Of a stretch of DNA of 64,000 nucleotides, positions 1 to 14,092 are shown in pieces. A program made the translations under genes and the position numbers. Source of the stretch: Eledone cirrhosa (lineage: Eukaryota); NCBI GenBank assembly GCA_964016885.1, contig OZ024749.1, positions 13,330,001 through 13,394,000 on the forward strand, in the 5' to 3' direction. The notes beneath the pieces were generated by a model that was given only the letters and a program-made list of their open reading frames with translations, was not told the DNA's origin and ran no database searches. Position 1 is the first letter of the stretch; the number at the start of each line of letters is the position of its first letter.

Positions 1-375
1 ATTTCCTAACTAGTTGTGTTCTTTCTGTTCCTGTGAAGCCTTGCTTCTCAAGATTTGTATTGAGGCAGTTACTAACATACCCCAGTGCCCCAATAATCAC
101 AGGCATAAATCTTAAGGTGTAATCAGGGTGGAGTATCTGCAGATTTCTCATCAGTTCTGCATAAATATTCTCCTTTTCGCTAATCTTTGATATTATATTG
201 GCATCTGCTGGGCAGCTAATTTCCACTACTGTGCATGCTTCCTTCTCCCTGTCCCATATCATAATATCTGGTCTGTTATCCCTGCATTTTATTGGGATTT
301 TTACTGGAACATTCCACCAGTACTCTTTCATATTATGTACATGGATGTCTTCCACATTGCTGTAGCTTTTAATGA
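1..375 (-). mobile_element. R4/Dong-like non-LTR retrotransposon fragment, restriction-like endonuclease domain
   Basis: Minus-strand translation gives WWNVPVK..KCRDNRPDIMIWDREKEACTVVEISCPAD...YAELMRNLQ...PVIIGALG (PD-D/E-xK type RLE). 205-375 is highly similar to 3222-3330. Confidence 0.8.
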
Positions 376-506
376 GTTTATTATGTATGTATGTATGTAT
401 GTTTGTATGTATGTATGTATCTATGTATGTATGTATCTATGTATGTATGTATCTATGTATGTATGTACATGTGTCTATGAATCTATGCACACATACATAT
501 GTATGA

Positions 507-552
<46 letters not shown>

Positions 553-1013
553 ATGTATGTATGTATAGATAGATGTATGCCTCATGTATGTGTGTGTAAG
601 TATGTATGTCAGTTTGTATCTGGAAATCGATTATCACCTGTATGTGTATATATAAATATGTATGTAAATAAGATTGTATATATATATGAGTGTTTATATG
701 GGTGTATATATGAATGTGTGTGTGTGTATCTGTGTCTATACATGTGTGTGTATGTGTTTATATATGTGTGTGTGTGTATATGTGCCTATATATGTCTGTC
801 TGTTTAGAATTTAATGCTCAGTCACTATAAAACAGCTGTGAGTTCGTGTCCCACGTACATCAATACTCATCTATTTTTCCCTTCAGATGGTTTTTTTTTA
901 ATCACAACTAACAGACAAATATAAGGATGTCAATTACTGCGTGAGCACATGTTACTGCCTAATTTTCAAGTTCGCTAGCCGCTTGCAAACAAAGCCTGCT
1001 TTGTGTATCCCTG

Positions 1014-1054
<41 letters not shown>

Positions 1055-1071
1055 ATACATATATATAAAAG

Positions 1072-1686
1072 AAGGTAAATATCTCTCTGGGTACTAAGTA
1101 CGCATAGAGATATATAGGGTGTCTATAATATAATTGTTGTTCAATGGTACTAACTTGAGATACCAGAACTATAAAAATTGAGATGAACAAACAAACATTA
1201 AACAATTCCTCTAAAAAATTAAAAAATGATTTAAATATCTACCTGTTCATTATTACCGACGGTTTCACTTTACAAAAGATTAGAAATTCAGAGAATTTCT
1301 AAGGGAAAAGTAAAGTTCATCAGATAGCTATTTCCACTCTCTAGGATCAAGTCCCACAGCCTGCAAATATATTGCCAACTACCAGCTCGTATGAGTTATG
1401 GCCGTTAAAGTGACCCACACGTGAACTGGCCGCTAATAAAAGCGGCAATATTACAGACGCGCTGCTGGCTTTGGTGCTAAAAAAATAGCAGTAAGCAACA
1501 ACGAATTTTTTTCTCTACGTAGATTGGAGAATGTATAAAATAAAGTAAATATCTTTCTGGGTCCTAAGTACGCATAGAGATATATAGGGTGTCTATAATA
1601 TTTAAATCATTTTTTAACTTTTTTAAGGAATTGTTTAATGTTTGTTATGCTCATCTCAATTTATATATATACATATCTTTCTTCTC

Positions 1687-1690
<4 letters not shown>
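1072..1690 (-). mobile_element. Non-autonomous HHR-bearing (PLE pLTR-like) element with direct plus inverted internal duplication, between (TA)n
   Basis: 1074-1129 is repeated directly at 1545-1600, and ~1170-1238 is repeated inverted at ~1598-1663. Contains HHR 1251-1326. Related sequence at ~21900-22000. Confidence 0.6.
1251..1326 (-). ncRNA. Type I hammerhead ribozyme, extended stem II
   Basis: TAT-CTGATGA-ACTTTAC...(TTAGAAATTC/GAATTTCTAA hairpin)...GTAAAGT-GAAA-CCGTCGG-TA-ATA. Confidence 0.8.
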
Positions 1691-1735
<45 letters not shown>

Positions 1736-1975
1736 GTGGGGGACGCGGTGCACGAAGATAATGGAACACACAACAGAAAGTCCCATCTCTTCGGTCAACC
1801 TCTGGAAACTTCTACGGCTTCGGTTCATTAAGGTTGATACCTTTCATTCCAGTACACAAATGGACATAACGAAAGGGGTGGAGACAAATTATGCCCTCAG
1901 GAATATTACACTAATATAGAAGGCGCAATGGCTCAGCCAAAGGAGAAAGATATAGGAGAGGAATAGTATAACAGA

Positions 1976-2051
<76 letters not shown>

Positions 2052-2368
2052 ATATGTATGTACGTATATATATACGTGCATACATATGTACATACACACA
2101 CCCACACACATATATATAGAGAGAGAGGGAGAGGGAGAGGGGGAAGGAGGGGGGAGTAATGTAATAACAGAATTCATCCTATTACACATACATGTACGTG
2201 TATACATTAATATATATATATATACAATACAAGAGTACAGTGCAACATTCAGTGCGTTGAAGCAATTAAATAACATTTAGATATAGTGTGATAATTGTCA
2301 AATAATTAACTACACCACCTATATATAACCACATATATGTGTGTGTTTTGTGTATATACATACACACG

Positions 2369-2420
<52 letters not shown>

Positions 2421-2508
2421 CACATATACACATGTATATATATAAATATGTGTGTGTGTATGTATGTCTACACAGAAATACATATACATGTGTGTTTGTA
2501 TGCACGCA

Positions 2509-2549
<41 letters not shown>

Positions 2550-2777
2550 GCATACCTATATACATACATTAAATCTACGGCAGCCATATATAGTTATTAC
2601 TGATGCCATGACTAATGGCAACAGGTCTTATCACGTGACACCAGCTCGTTTTAGAATTCACCTCACCGAACGAATCTTTAGCCCACAATCACACGCACAC
2701 TATTACACAACAATACTTACAGACTTAGACATATACACGCATATCATATGTATATGTATGTATGTATATATATATAT

Positions 2778-3221
2778 ACTCTTTTACCTGTTCCAGCCAT
2801 CCGACTGGGGCCATGCTGGAGCCCCGCCCTTGTTGCTATACATTCTGTCTCCAGCGTGAATTGGTTGGCCACTGGTGTAGGAAGGAGTTCATTGCTGCTG
2901 CCCTTAGGTTTCCCTCGTGCCTTGCTGTGGGCTCATCCGGGATCCTGGATAGCAAGGTGCCGAGATGTTTCTTGAAGACATCCACCTGCACACCATGCAG
3001 ATCTCTCAGATCTCTCGGCAGCTTGTTGAAGAGTTGAGGGCCCTTGAACCACAGGCTATTGTAATATCTGCTCCTTATTCTAGATGTAGAAGACAAGACC
3101 TTTGGCACCACACAGTGACGTCCTGTTCGACGGCGGTTGGTCCAGCTCCCAATGCCAAAGTTTGGTGTTAGTCCCTCCAGGATTTTCTACATGTAGATCA
3201 CTGCCATATCTCTCCCATCTA
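2778..3221 (-). mobile_element. CR1-group LINE 3' end (ORF2 C-terminus plus tail)
   Basis: ERY.VIYM.KILEGLTPNFG...FKGPQLFNKLPRDLRDLHGVQVDVFKKHL..LLSRIPDEP, then GGCTGGAACAGGTAAAAGAGTA tail. Confidence 0.7.
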
Positions 3222-3885
3222 TCTGGTCTGTTATGCCTGCATTTATTGGGGTTTTTACTGGAACATTCCACCAGTACTCTTTCATATTATGTACATTGAT
3301 GTCTTCCACATAACTGTAGCTTTTAATGTGTTTATTATCGGGGCTATCTTTTTTACGAACTGCATCGTACAGTATTTTGTCCACTACATCATGCCTCATA
3401 GGTAGATAGTACCGCGATGACATCTTTGGACAGCTGCTGATGACATGGGTGATATCTTCGATGTTAGTTCTGCAGAGTCTGCACTTGTTATCACATTTAG
3501 GTGTTTTGCCTGCATCCCTATCTCTTTTGTGAATCAGGTATTTCGCGTTAATCTCCTGTTCCTGGATTGCAAAAGCATATCCTTCAAAGTGGGAGCCAAT
3601 ATAGCGGTTGTTGGTCCAAGATAGACTACTTTCCTTATCTATATTACTCTCACTCTGGAGCTCCCTGGCAACATATCCATGCATGATTTTTTGCTGATAA
3701 GCATGCAGTTTTTCATCCATGGATTCACTGCGATACTGCTGAGCGACATCCCTGAGTGTGAGTTTTTGATTATCACACAGAGATTATCTCTCGAGGAGTT
3801 CCTTCCCAACTCTCATGATCCTATCTGTTTCTTGCAGATAGACTAGCTCGAGAAATGGGCTCCTACGCTTCGAGGTTCGTAGCTC
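3222..3885 (-). mobile_element. R4/Dong-like non-LTR retrotransposon fragment (CCHC zinc knuckle, RHD motif, start of RLE)
   Basis: ORF 3187-3720: AIQEQEI...CRLC...EDITHVISSC...RHD...WWNVPVKT. Confidence 0.85.
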
Positions 3886-4134
3886 CCTGCTTTTATGCTA
3901 CAAACAAACTCACTTTTCTACTTCGGTTGTCATTGCCCCACCCCTGATGCGTCACGACCACTTTCTATCTCCTCATTGAGGGTGTGGCTGGTTAGAAACA
4001 GTCAAGTACTCATTTACTAAAATACCTCGGTACCGAAATACCCAGGTACAGGAAATAAACATCATAAAACTTACCTGACGTTGATTGATTATTTACGTCT
4101 AACAAACAATAATCCCCGGACACCCTCATCCACC

Positions 4135-4541
4135 AGCACCACCACCACCAACAGCACCACCACCACCACCATAACCAACAACACCACCACCACCAACAGC
4201 ACCGCCACCACCAACAGCACCGCCACCACCATTACCAACACCACCACCTCCACCATAACCAACAACACCACCACCACCATAACCACCACCACCATAACCA
4301 ACACCACCACCACCATAGCCACCACCATCCACCCCCACCATCAGCAACATCCACCACCACCACCGCCGCCACCTCATCAACCAGATTCACATTCCGACCG
4401 ATACAACCGCCACCAACATGGCCGTCAAAAAATAACCACCATCACCATCACCATCACTATTACCATCATCACCACCATCATCCCCATCACCATCTCCACA
4501 TCACCATCACCAACATCATCATCTCCACATCGTTACCTCAC

Positions 4542-4576
<35 letters not shown>

Positions 4577-4717
4577 GAACTATAACCATCACCACTATGA
4601 CATCATCATCATCATTAACAACAACAAATACACTCAGACAGCAGAATTAGGGATTATACAGGCAGGCAGACTGGCAGACAGACAGACAGACAGACAGACA
4701 GGCAGACTGATAGACAC

Positions 4718-4748
<31 letters not shown>

Positions 4749-4893
4749 TGCAGACAGGCAGGCAGACAAACTGATACAGACAGGCAGACAGACACAGAGA
4801 CAGACAGACAGACAGACTGATAGACACACAGATAGACACACAGACAGACATGCAGACAGACAGACAAACTGATACAGGCAGGCAGACAGACAC

Positions 4894-4942
<49 letters not shown>

Positions 4943-5150
4943 GAGTGGTGGTGTGGTGGTGATGGTGGTGGCGGTGTGGTGCGGGGTGGGGTAGTGGTGG
5001 TGTGGTGGTGGTGTGGTGATGGTTTGACTGTTGAGGGTGGTGTTGGTGGTAATGGTAGTGGGGGGGGGTGAGAGTGGAGAGGGGGGTGTTAGTGATGATG
5101 TTGATGGTTTGACATTGGAGAGGATGGTGTTGGTGGTGATGATGATGGTG
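4135..5150. repeat. (ACC/ATC)n, (CAGA)n and (GGT)n simple repeats
   Basis: Direct inspection. Confidence 0.9.
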
Positions 5151-5234
5151 GTGTTTTCAGATTTTGAAGGTTCAGCTTTTGAAGATATGGCGGCCATTTG
5201 TATAGTTTATGAATTAAGGAGCTCAGTTCTTTGT

Positions 5235-5450
5235 CCCTAAATCCATGTTCTGCCATACGTTGATCCTGGAATGCTGGTATATAACCTGTAGCTCCAATAA
5301 TAACAGGTATGATACTGGATTGGATACTGGATTTGCAAGTTCCTCATCAATAATCCGTAGAGATCCACCTATTCTTGTATATTCCTTACCACATTGACAT
5401 CAAGAGGGCCGCTGACTTCTACAACGGAGTATGTAATTAATATATGGTCC
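5235..5450 (-). mobile_element. Degenerate RLE-domain fragment of an R4-like LINE
   Basis: VVEVSGPLDVNV...LYGLLMRNLQI...IPVIIGATGYI, homologous to 1-200. Confidence 0.65.
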
Positions 5451-5639
5451 CAAACAGTAATAATAGGCCGGTCGTGTTCTTTAGTTACCAACCCGACCAA
5501 AACCAGCTCTGGTTTTTTGAACTCGCTCGATTGATCGATGGTCAAGATCCCAGACCTCATTCGCTTGCCGAGTGGGGTGGACCTCGACAAATCGGACCAA
5601 GGAAACAATGTTTTCTATTCGTCTTTCCATTGCTTGTAC

Positions 5640-5745
5640 TATTTACCTGGCAGAAGGAGCAACGTGAAATAAAGTGTCTTGCTCAAGGACACAATACATC
5701 ACCCGATCCGAGAAATAAACTCCCTAACTACTAACCCACGCTCCT
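5640..5745 (-). mobile_element. tRNA-derived SINE fragment (gtgtccttgagcaagacact family)
   Basis: Shares sequence with 16905-17125 and 33797-34040. Confidence 0.55.
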
Positions 5746-5989
5746 TCTTTGAAATAAAATCACTCATTTTAAAGAGTTCTAATTTAAATTAAAATTTCCT
5801 AACATAATCTTATTTAAGAACGTTACACTAGTGAGGAAATAATTAATAATTTTAGTAAATCCTTTGAAATTTTTCATTAATTAATTCAAATAGGGAGCAT
5901 TTCATTACAAATGAGGTCATAAAAAGGTCAATTTGGTGGCAGTTTTTTAATTTTTACTTTTAGGTAGGCCAAGTATTATTTTAGCCATC

Positions 5990-6125
5990 AGTCTTACCAT
6001 GATCACCATCATCGTGTGTAATGGTTCTAGAGACCACCATTACTTTCCTTCTCCATTCGGCTCTGTGATCCATTGCTGATCCTAAGGCCGCCATCTTTAT
6101 TCTGGTCTCAATATAATACAACTCC
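5990..6125 (-). mobile_element. RTE-type LINE 3' end fragment
   Basis: ALGSAMDHRAEWRRKV resembles the RTE ORF C-terminal (AMxDRxxWR) motif. Confidence 0.45.
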
Positions 6126-6237
6126 CTGATGTATGTATGGGTGGATGGATGTGTGTATGTATGTGTGTATGTATGTGTGTTTGTGTATGTGTGGCATATA
6201 TATATATATATATGTGTGTGTATATATACACACACGA

Positions 6238-6309
<72 letters not shown>

Positions 6310-6533
6310 ATATCTCGATTTATAAGCGATCAATCAGATGTCGACGACAACCAGGCAAATACTAACCTTGTTATGGTAACTGCTGAATCACCAATTGGAA
6401 TGTTTGTTTGTTTGTGTATGTGTGTGTATGTGTGTGTGTATGTGTATTTATATATGTATATATATACACACACACACACAGTGTATATAAATATGTATAT
6501 ATATACACACACATATATATATATATGTATATA

Positions 6534-6580
<47 letters not shown>

Positions 6581-6944
6581 GTATACATACATATATGAAC
6601 ACGTGTTTACATGCGAATATTTCTTTGCATCAAAATGACAAAATCAGTGTGTGTATGTGTGTCTGTCTGTGTGTATGTGTATGTGTGTGTCTGTGTGCGT
6701 GTGTGTATGTGTGTATGCGTGTATGTATGTGTGTGTGTGTATTTATCAGTATGTGTGTTGTTATGTGAAAATCTGTTTGTGATGTGTTTGTCTATATTGG
6801 AGGAATGAGGGTGAAGAGAGGGGCGGGGGGTTGTTAATTTGTAAATAGAATGGGTGATGGGTGGGGTTGAGGGGTGGGTGGTGCTGAGGGGTGGGGCCGA
6901 GGGGTGGCGGGGTAATGAGCATGTAAACAGAAGCATCTCCTCAA

Positions 6945-7982
6945 CACCAGCACTACCATCACCACAACTATCATGATCTTTATAATCGCCACTACAACCA
7001 TCATCACCACCACCATCAATATTACCACCACCACCACCACCACCACCACCACCACCACCACCACCACCACTACCACCACCACCACCACCTCCATCACCAT
7101 CAAGACCACCATGATCGCCTCCACCACCACCACCATCAATATTACTACCACCACCACCACCACCACCATCACCACCTCCATCACCATCAAGACCACCATG
7201 ATCGCCTCCACCACAACCACCAGCCTCTCTACCAATTTCCCAACATCCAAAACTTTATCACCATGGTTACACGTCAATCTATTGATGTCCTATGCAGTTC
7301 AATACCAAACAACTGTCGCCATCACCACACACCACCACCACCACCACAACTACTACCACCTCCATCACCACCACACACCACCACCATCACTACCACCAAC
7401 ACCACTACCAACACCACCACTACCAACACCACCACCACCAACACCACCACCAACACCACCACCACACACCACCACCACAACTACCACCACCTCCATCACC
7501 ACCACACACCACCACCTCCATCACCACCACACACCACCACACACCACCACCATCACCAGCATCACACACCACCTCCATCACCACCACACACCACTACCAT
7601 CACCAGCACCACACACCACCACCACCACCACAACTACTACCACTTCCATCAACACCACTACTACCACTTCCATCACCACCACCATCACCACCACCACTAC
7701 CACCAACACCACTACCACCACCACCAACACCACCACCAGCAACACCACCACCACCACTACCACCAACACCATCACTACCACCATCACCACCACCACTACC
7801 ACCAACACCACTACCACCACCACCAACACCACCACCACCACCACCACTACCACCACTACCAACACCACCACCACCAACACCACCACTACCACCAACACCA
7901 CTACCACCAACACCACCACTACCACCACCACCACCACCACTACTACCAACACCACCACTAATACCACCACCACCACCACCAC
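6945..7982. repeat. (ACC)n-type degenerate trinucleotide array with a ~120-bp internal duplication
   Basis: Direct inspection; atcaatattac...atgatcgcctccac block occurs twice. Confidence 0.9.
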
Positions 7983-8089
7983 CCTTGGTAGTGTATGATA
8001 GAGACAACTGGCGGCAAAAATGAAAGATTTTAGCCGCAAGTCTTGTTTTCCCGTGTTTTCCCAGTCTTATGAAGGAACGATATAAACAG

Positions 8090-10392
8090 GAGTTTCGAGA
8101 CATTGAACGGGATTTAGAGTTTAGAGACATTGAACGGCATTTAGAGTTTAGAGACATTGAACGGCATTTAGAGTTTAGAGACATTGAACGGGATTTAGAG
8201 TTTAGAGACATTGAACGGGATTTAGAGTTTAGAGACATTGAACGGCATTTAGAGTTTAGAGACATTGAACGGGATTTAGAGTTTAGAGACATTGAACGGC
8301 ATTTAGAGTTTAGAGACATTGAACGGCATTTAGAGTTTAGAGACATTGAACGGCATTTAGAGTTTAGAGACATTGAACGGGATTTAGAGTTTAGAGACAT
8401 TGAACGGCATTTAGAGTTTAGAGACATTGAACGGGATTTAGAGTTTAGAGACATTGAACGGCATTTAGAGTTTAGAGACATTGAACGGCATTTAGAGTTT
8501 AGAGACATTGAACGGGATTTAGAGTTTAGAGACATTGAACGGGATTTAGAGTTTAGAGACATTGAACGGCATTTAGAGTTTAGAGACATTGAACGGCATT
8601 TAGAGTTTAGAGACATTGAACGGCATTTAGAGTTTAGAGACATTGAACGGGATTTAGAGTTTAGAGACATTGAACGGGATTTAGAGTTTAGAGACATTGA
8701 ACGGCATTTAGAGTTTAGAGACATTGAACGGGATTTAGAGTTTAGAGACATTGAACGGCATTTAGAGTTTAGAGACATTGAACGGCATTTAGAGTTTAGA
8801 GACATTGAACGGCATTTAGAGTTTAGAGACATTGAACGGCATTTAGAGTTTAGAGACATTGAACGGCATTTAGAGTTTACAGACATTGAACGGGATTTAG
8901 AGTTTAGAGACATTGAACGGCATTTAGAGTTTAGAGACATTGAACGGCATTTAGAGTTTAGAGACATTGAACGGCATTTAGAGTTTAGAGTCATTGAACG
9001 GGATTTAGAGTTTAGAGACATTGAACGGCATTTAGAGTTTAGAGACATTGAACGGCATTTAGAGTTTAGAGACATTGAACGGCATTTAGAGTTTAGAGAC
9101 ATTGAACGAGATTTAGAGTTTAGAGACATTGAACGGCATTTAGAGTTTAGAGACATTGAACGGCATTTAGAGTTTAGAGACATTGAACGGCATTTAGAGT
9201 TTAGAGACATTGAACGGGATTTAGAGTTTAGAGACATTGAACGGGATTTAGAGTTTAGAGACATTGAACGGGATTTAGAGTTTAGAGACATTGAACGGCA
9301 TTTAGAGTTTAGAGACATTGAACGGCATTTAGAGTTTAGAGACATTGAACGGCATTTAGAGTTTAGAGACATTGAACGGCATTTAGAGTTTAGAGACATT
9401 GAACGGCATTTAGAGTTTAGAGACATTGAACGGGATTTAGAGTTTAGAGACATTGAACGGCATTTAGAGTTTAGAGACATTGAACGGCATTTAGAGTTTA
9501 GAGACATTGAACGGCATTTAGAGTTTAGAGACATTGAACGGCATTTAGAGTTTAGAGACATTGAACGGCATTTAGAGTTTAGAGACATTGAACGGCATTT
9601 AGAGTTTAGAGACATTGAACGGGATTTAGAGTTTAGAGACATTGAACGGCATTTAGAGTTTAGAGACATTGAACGGCATTTAGAGTTTAGAGACATTGAA
9701 CGGCATTTAGAGTTTAGAGACATTGAACGGCATTTAGAGTTTAGAGACATTGAACGGGATTTAGAGTTTAGAGACATTGAACGGCATTTAGAGTTTAGAG
9801 ACATTGAACGGCATTTAGAGTTTAGAGACATTGAACGGCATTTAGAGTTTAGAGACATTGAAAGGCATTTAGAGTTTACAGACATTGAACGGCATTTAGA
9901 GTTTAGAGACATTGAACGGGATTTAGAGTTTAGAGACATTGAACGGCATTTAGAGTTTAGAGACATTGAACGGGATTTAGAGTTTAGAGACATTGAACGG
10001 CATTTAGAGTTTAGAGACATTGAACGGGATTTAGAGTTTAGAGACATTGAACGGCATTTAGAGTTTAGAGACATTGAACGGCATTTAGAGTTTAGAGACA
10101 TTGAACGGCATTTAGAGTTTAGAGACATTGAACGGGATTTAGAGTTTAGAGACATTGAACGGCATTTAGAGTTTAGAGACATTGAACGGGATTTAGAGTT
10201 TAGAGACATTGAACGGCATTTAGAGTTTAGAGACATTGAACGGCATTTAGAGTTTAGAGACATTGAACGGCATTTAGAGTTTAGAGACATTGAACGGCAT
10301 TTAGAGTTTAGAGACATTGAACGGGATTTAGAGTTTAGAGACATTGAACGGCATTTAGAGTTTAGAGACATTGAACGGCATTTAGAGTTTAG
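8090..10392. repeat. 27-bp minisatellite, ~85 copies, two main variants
   Basis: Unit GAGTTTAGAGACATTGAACGG(C/G)ATTTA; explains the 780-aa and 923-aa ORFs. Confidence 0.97.
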
Positions 10393-10538
10393 GACAAACT
10401 TAGCAGCTTGATCGTATTGGCTCTTGTTGTGTTCTTACTACAGCTAAATAGTCAAATAGTCAAAATTATGGGCTATATAAACCTCTTTACCGGGTTCAAT
10501 CGGGGATAACCACAGCTAGTAAGGTACTCAGCACATTA

Positions 10539-10733
10539 TCATCATCATCGTTTAACGTCTATCTTCCACGCTAGCATGGGTTTAGACGGGAATTGTCCCA
10601 CTTGAGGCAAGATTGGTCGGGTGACCATGTCTGGCAGGTTTTCTACGGCTGGATGCCCTTCCTAACACCAATCATGTTTACAGTATGGACTGGGAAGTTT
10701 TTACACAACGTGGACTGTGTGTGTTTTTTTTTT
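10539..10733 (-). mobile_element. Nested short retroelement 3' end with (GAT)n tail
   Basis: Absent from the homologous copy at 44270-44290; ends in ...GACGTTAAACGATGATGATGAT. Confidence 0.6.
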
Positions 10734-10865
10734 GTAGTAGAATGTAAACATCATGTTTGATATAGAAATGGCTTCTACGGGACTAGAACTGTTTCATTCA
10801 AAGAAATCATCAGGGCTTTCCTGGTTATATATCTATATGTGTTTGTGTGTATGTATGTGTTTGTG

Positions 10866-10935
<70 letters not shown>

Positions 10936-11264
10936 TGTGTGTGTTTGTGTGTATATATGTGTTTGTGTTTGTGTGTGTGCGTTTGTGCATTTGTTTGTGT
11001 GTGTGTGTGTATGAAGATGTCTGCCATACTAGATCACGTGATTGAACTTGATCCTCTGTGTGACACGAGGCATGTGAAGTGGTCGGAGTGGAGGTGGAAG
11101 CTGGAGTACAGTGTTGCCTTAATGAGTACACTGACGTAACCAGTGTACTCGGGGGCAACATCTGCCTTTCACCCAGGTTTTCCACACATGTGGGGCTACT
11201 GCACTCATTGCTACATACCTTACCAGTGTGGGTGTATAGCAATAGGTACACATGTGTGAAAAAG

Positions 11265-13490
11265 GCACCTGCATACACACACAGACATATGCAGGCACAC
11301 ACTCACATACACACATAGACATATGCACACACTCACATACACACACAGACATATGCAGGCACACACTCACATACACACACAGACATAAGCACACACTCAC
11401 ATACACACACAGACATATGTAGGCACACACTCACATACACACACAGACATATGTAGGCACACACTCACATACACACACAGACATATGCAGGCACACACTC
11501 ACATACACACACAGACATATGCAGGCACACACTCACATACACACACAGACATATGCAGGCACACACTCACATACACACACAGACATATGCAGGCACACAC
11601 TCACATACACACACAGATATATACAGGCACACACTCACATACACACATAGACATATGCAGGCACACACTCACATACACACACAGACATATGTAGGCACAC
11701 ACTCACATACACACACAGACATATGTAGGCACACACTCACATACACACATAGACATATACAGGCACACACTCACATACACACACAGACATATGCACACAC
11801 TCACATACACACACAGACATATGCAGGCACACACTCACATACACACACAGACATATACAGGCACACACTCACATACACACACAGACATATACAGGCACAC
11901 ACTCACATACACACACAGACATATACAGGCACACACTCACATACACACACAGAAATATACAGGCACACACTCACATACACACACAGACATATGCACACAC
12001 TCACATACACAGACAGACATATGCACACACTCACATACACAGACAGACATATGCACACACTCACATACACAGACAGACATATGCACACACTCACATACAC
12101 ACACAGACATATGCAGGCACACACTCACATACACACACAGACATATACAGGCACACACTCACATACACACATAGACATATGCAGGCACACACTCACATAC
12201 ACACACAGACATAAGCACACACTCACATACACACACAGACATATGTAGGCACACACTCACATACACACACAGACATATGTAGGCACACACTCACATACAC
12301 ACACAGACATATGCAGGCACACACTCACATACACACACAGACATATGCAGGCACACACTCACATACACACACAGACATATGCAGGCACACACTCACATAC
12401 ACACACAGACATATGCAGGCACACACTCACATACACACACAGACATATACAGGCACACACTCACATACACACATAGACATATGCAGGCACACACTCACAT
12501 ACACACACAGACATATGTAGGCACACACTCACATACACACACAGACATATGTAGGCACACACTCACATACACACATAGACATATACAGGCACACACTCAC
12601 ATACACACACAGACATATGCACACACTCACATACACACACAGACATATCCAGGCACACACTCACATACACACACAGACATATACAGGCACACACTCACAT
12701 ACACACACAGACATATACAGGCACACACTCACATACACACACAGACATATACAGGCACACACTCACATACACACATAGACATATACAGGCACACACTCAC
12801 ATACACACACAGACATATACAGGCACACACTCACATACACACACAGAAATATACAGGCACACACTCACATACACACACAGACATATGCACACACTCACAT
12901 ACACAGACAGACATATGCACACACTCACATACACAGACAGACATATGCACACACTCACATACACAGACAGACATATGCACACACTCACATACACAGACAT
13001 ATGCACACACTCACATACACAGACAGACATATGCACACACTCACATACACAAACAGACATATGCACACACTCACATACACAGACATATGCACACACTCAC
13101 ATACACAGACAGACATATGCACACACTCACATACACAAACAGACATATGCACACACTCACATACACAGACAGACATATGCACACACTCACATACACAGAC
13201 ATATGCACACACTCACATACACAGACAGACATATGCACACACTCACATACACAAACAGACATATGCACACACTCACATACACAGACATATGCACACACTC
13301 ACATACACAGACAGACATATGCACACACTCACATACACAGACAGACATATGCACACACTCACATACACAAACAGACATATGCACACACTCACATACACAG
13401 ACATATGCACACACTCACATACACAGACAGACATATGCACACACTCACATACACAAACAGACATATACGCACACTCACATACACACACCG
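11265..13490. repeat. 34/30/26-bp CA-rich minisatellite with a ~826-bp higher-order duplication
   Basis: Unit ACACACACAGACATATGCAGGCACACACTCACAT; variant pattern recurs at +826 (ORFs 11485/12311, 11553/12379). Confidence 0.9.
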
Positions 13491-13600
13491 AGAAAAACAC
13501 ATGCATACACATACAATTAATTTTAGATAGCCATAAACGTAGCTAAACAGACAAACATATATGTATATAATATATGTATATATATGTGTTTCTGTATGTG

Positions 13601-13684
<84 letters not shown>

Positions 13685-13782
13685 ATATAAACACACACAT
13701 ACATATATCTATATACACACTCACACACATATATATAAACACACATATATATATACATACCCACTATCACACATATATATAT

Positions 13783-13831
<49 letters not shown>

Positions 13832-13870
13832 TACATATATGTATATATACACACACTCACATATATATAA

Positions 13871-13903
<33 letters not shown>

Positions 13904-13974
13904 CACACACATATATATATACATACCCACACACACATATATATATATATATATACACGTGTGTATATATACAG

Positions 13975-14005
<31 letters not shown>

Positions 14006-14038
14006 TATATATACATACATATATGAATGTATGTATGA

Positions 14039-14092
<54 letters not shown>

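Larger units (their letters stand above)
7997..10825 (-). mobile_element. PLE pLTR-like element (HHR plus putative ORF N-terminus) disrupted by the minisatellite and a nested insertion
   Basis: 10488-10538 plus 10734-10825 are colinear with 44230-44365. HHR-like CTGATGA-TTTCTTTGAAT-GAAACAG at 10772-10817. Confidence 0.55.

Noticed and set aside
2597-2628. CTGATGCCAT/ATGGCAACAGGTC hammerhead-like hairpin
   Set aside because: Core lacks both GA dinucleotides. Similarly weak candidates near 1800-1900, 3943, 19440-19485 and 25980-26020 were not called.
8069-10411. 780-aa EFRDIERHL repeat protein, or a CRISPR-like array
   Set aside because: Contiguous 27-bp units with no spacers; the open frames follow from the unit sequence, and there is no other coding evidence
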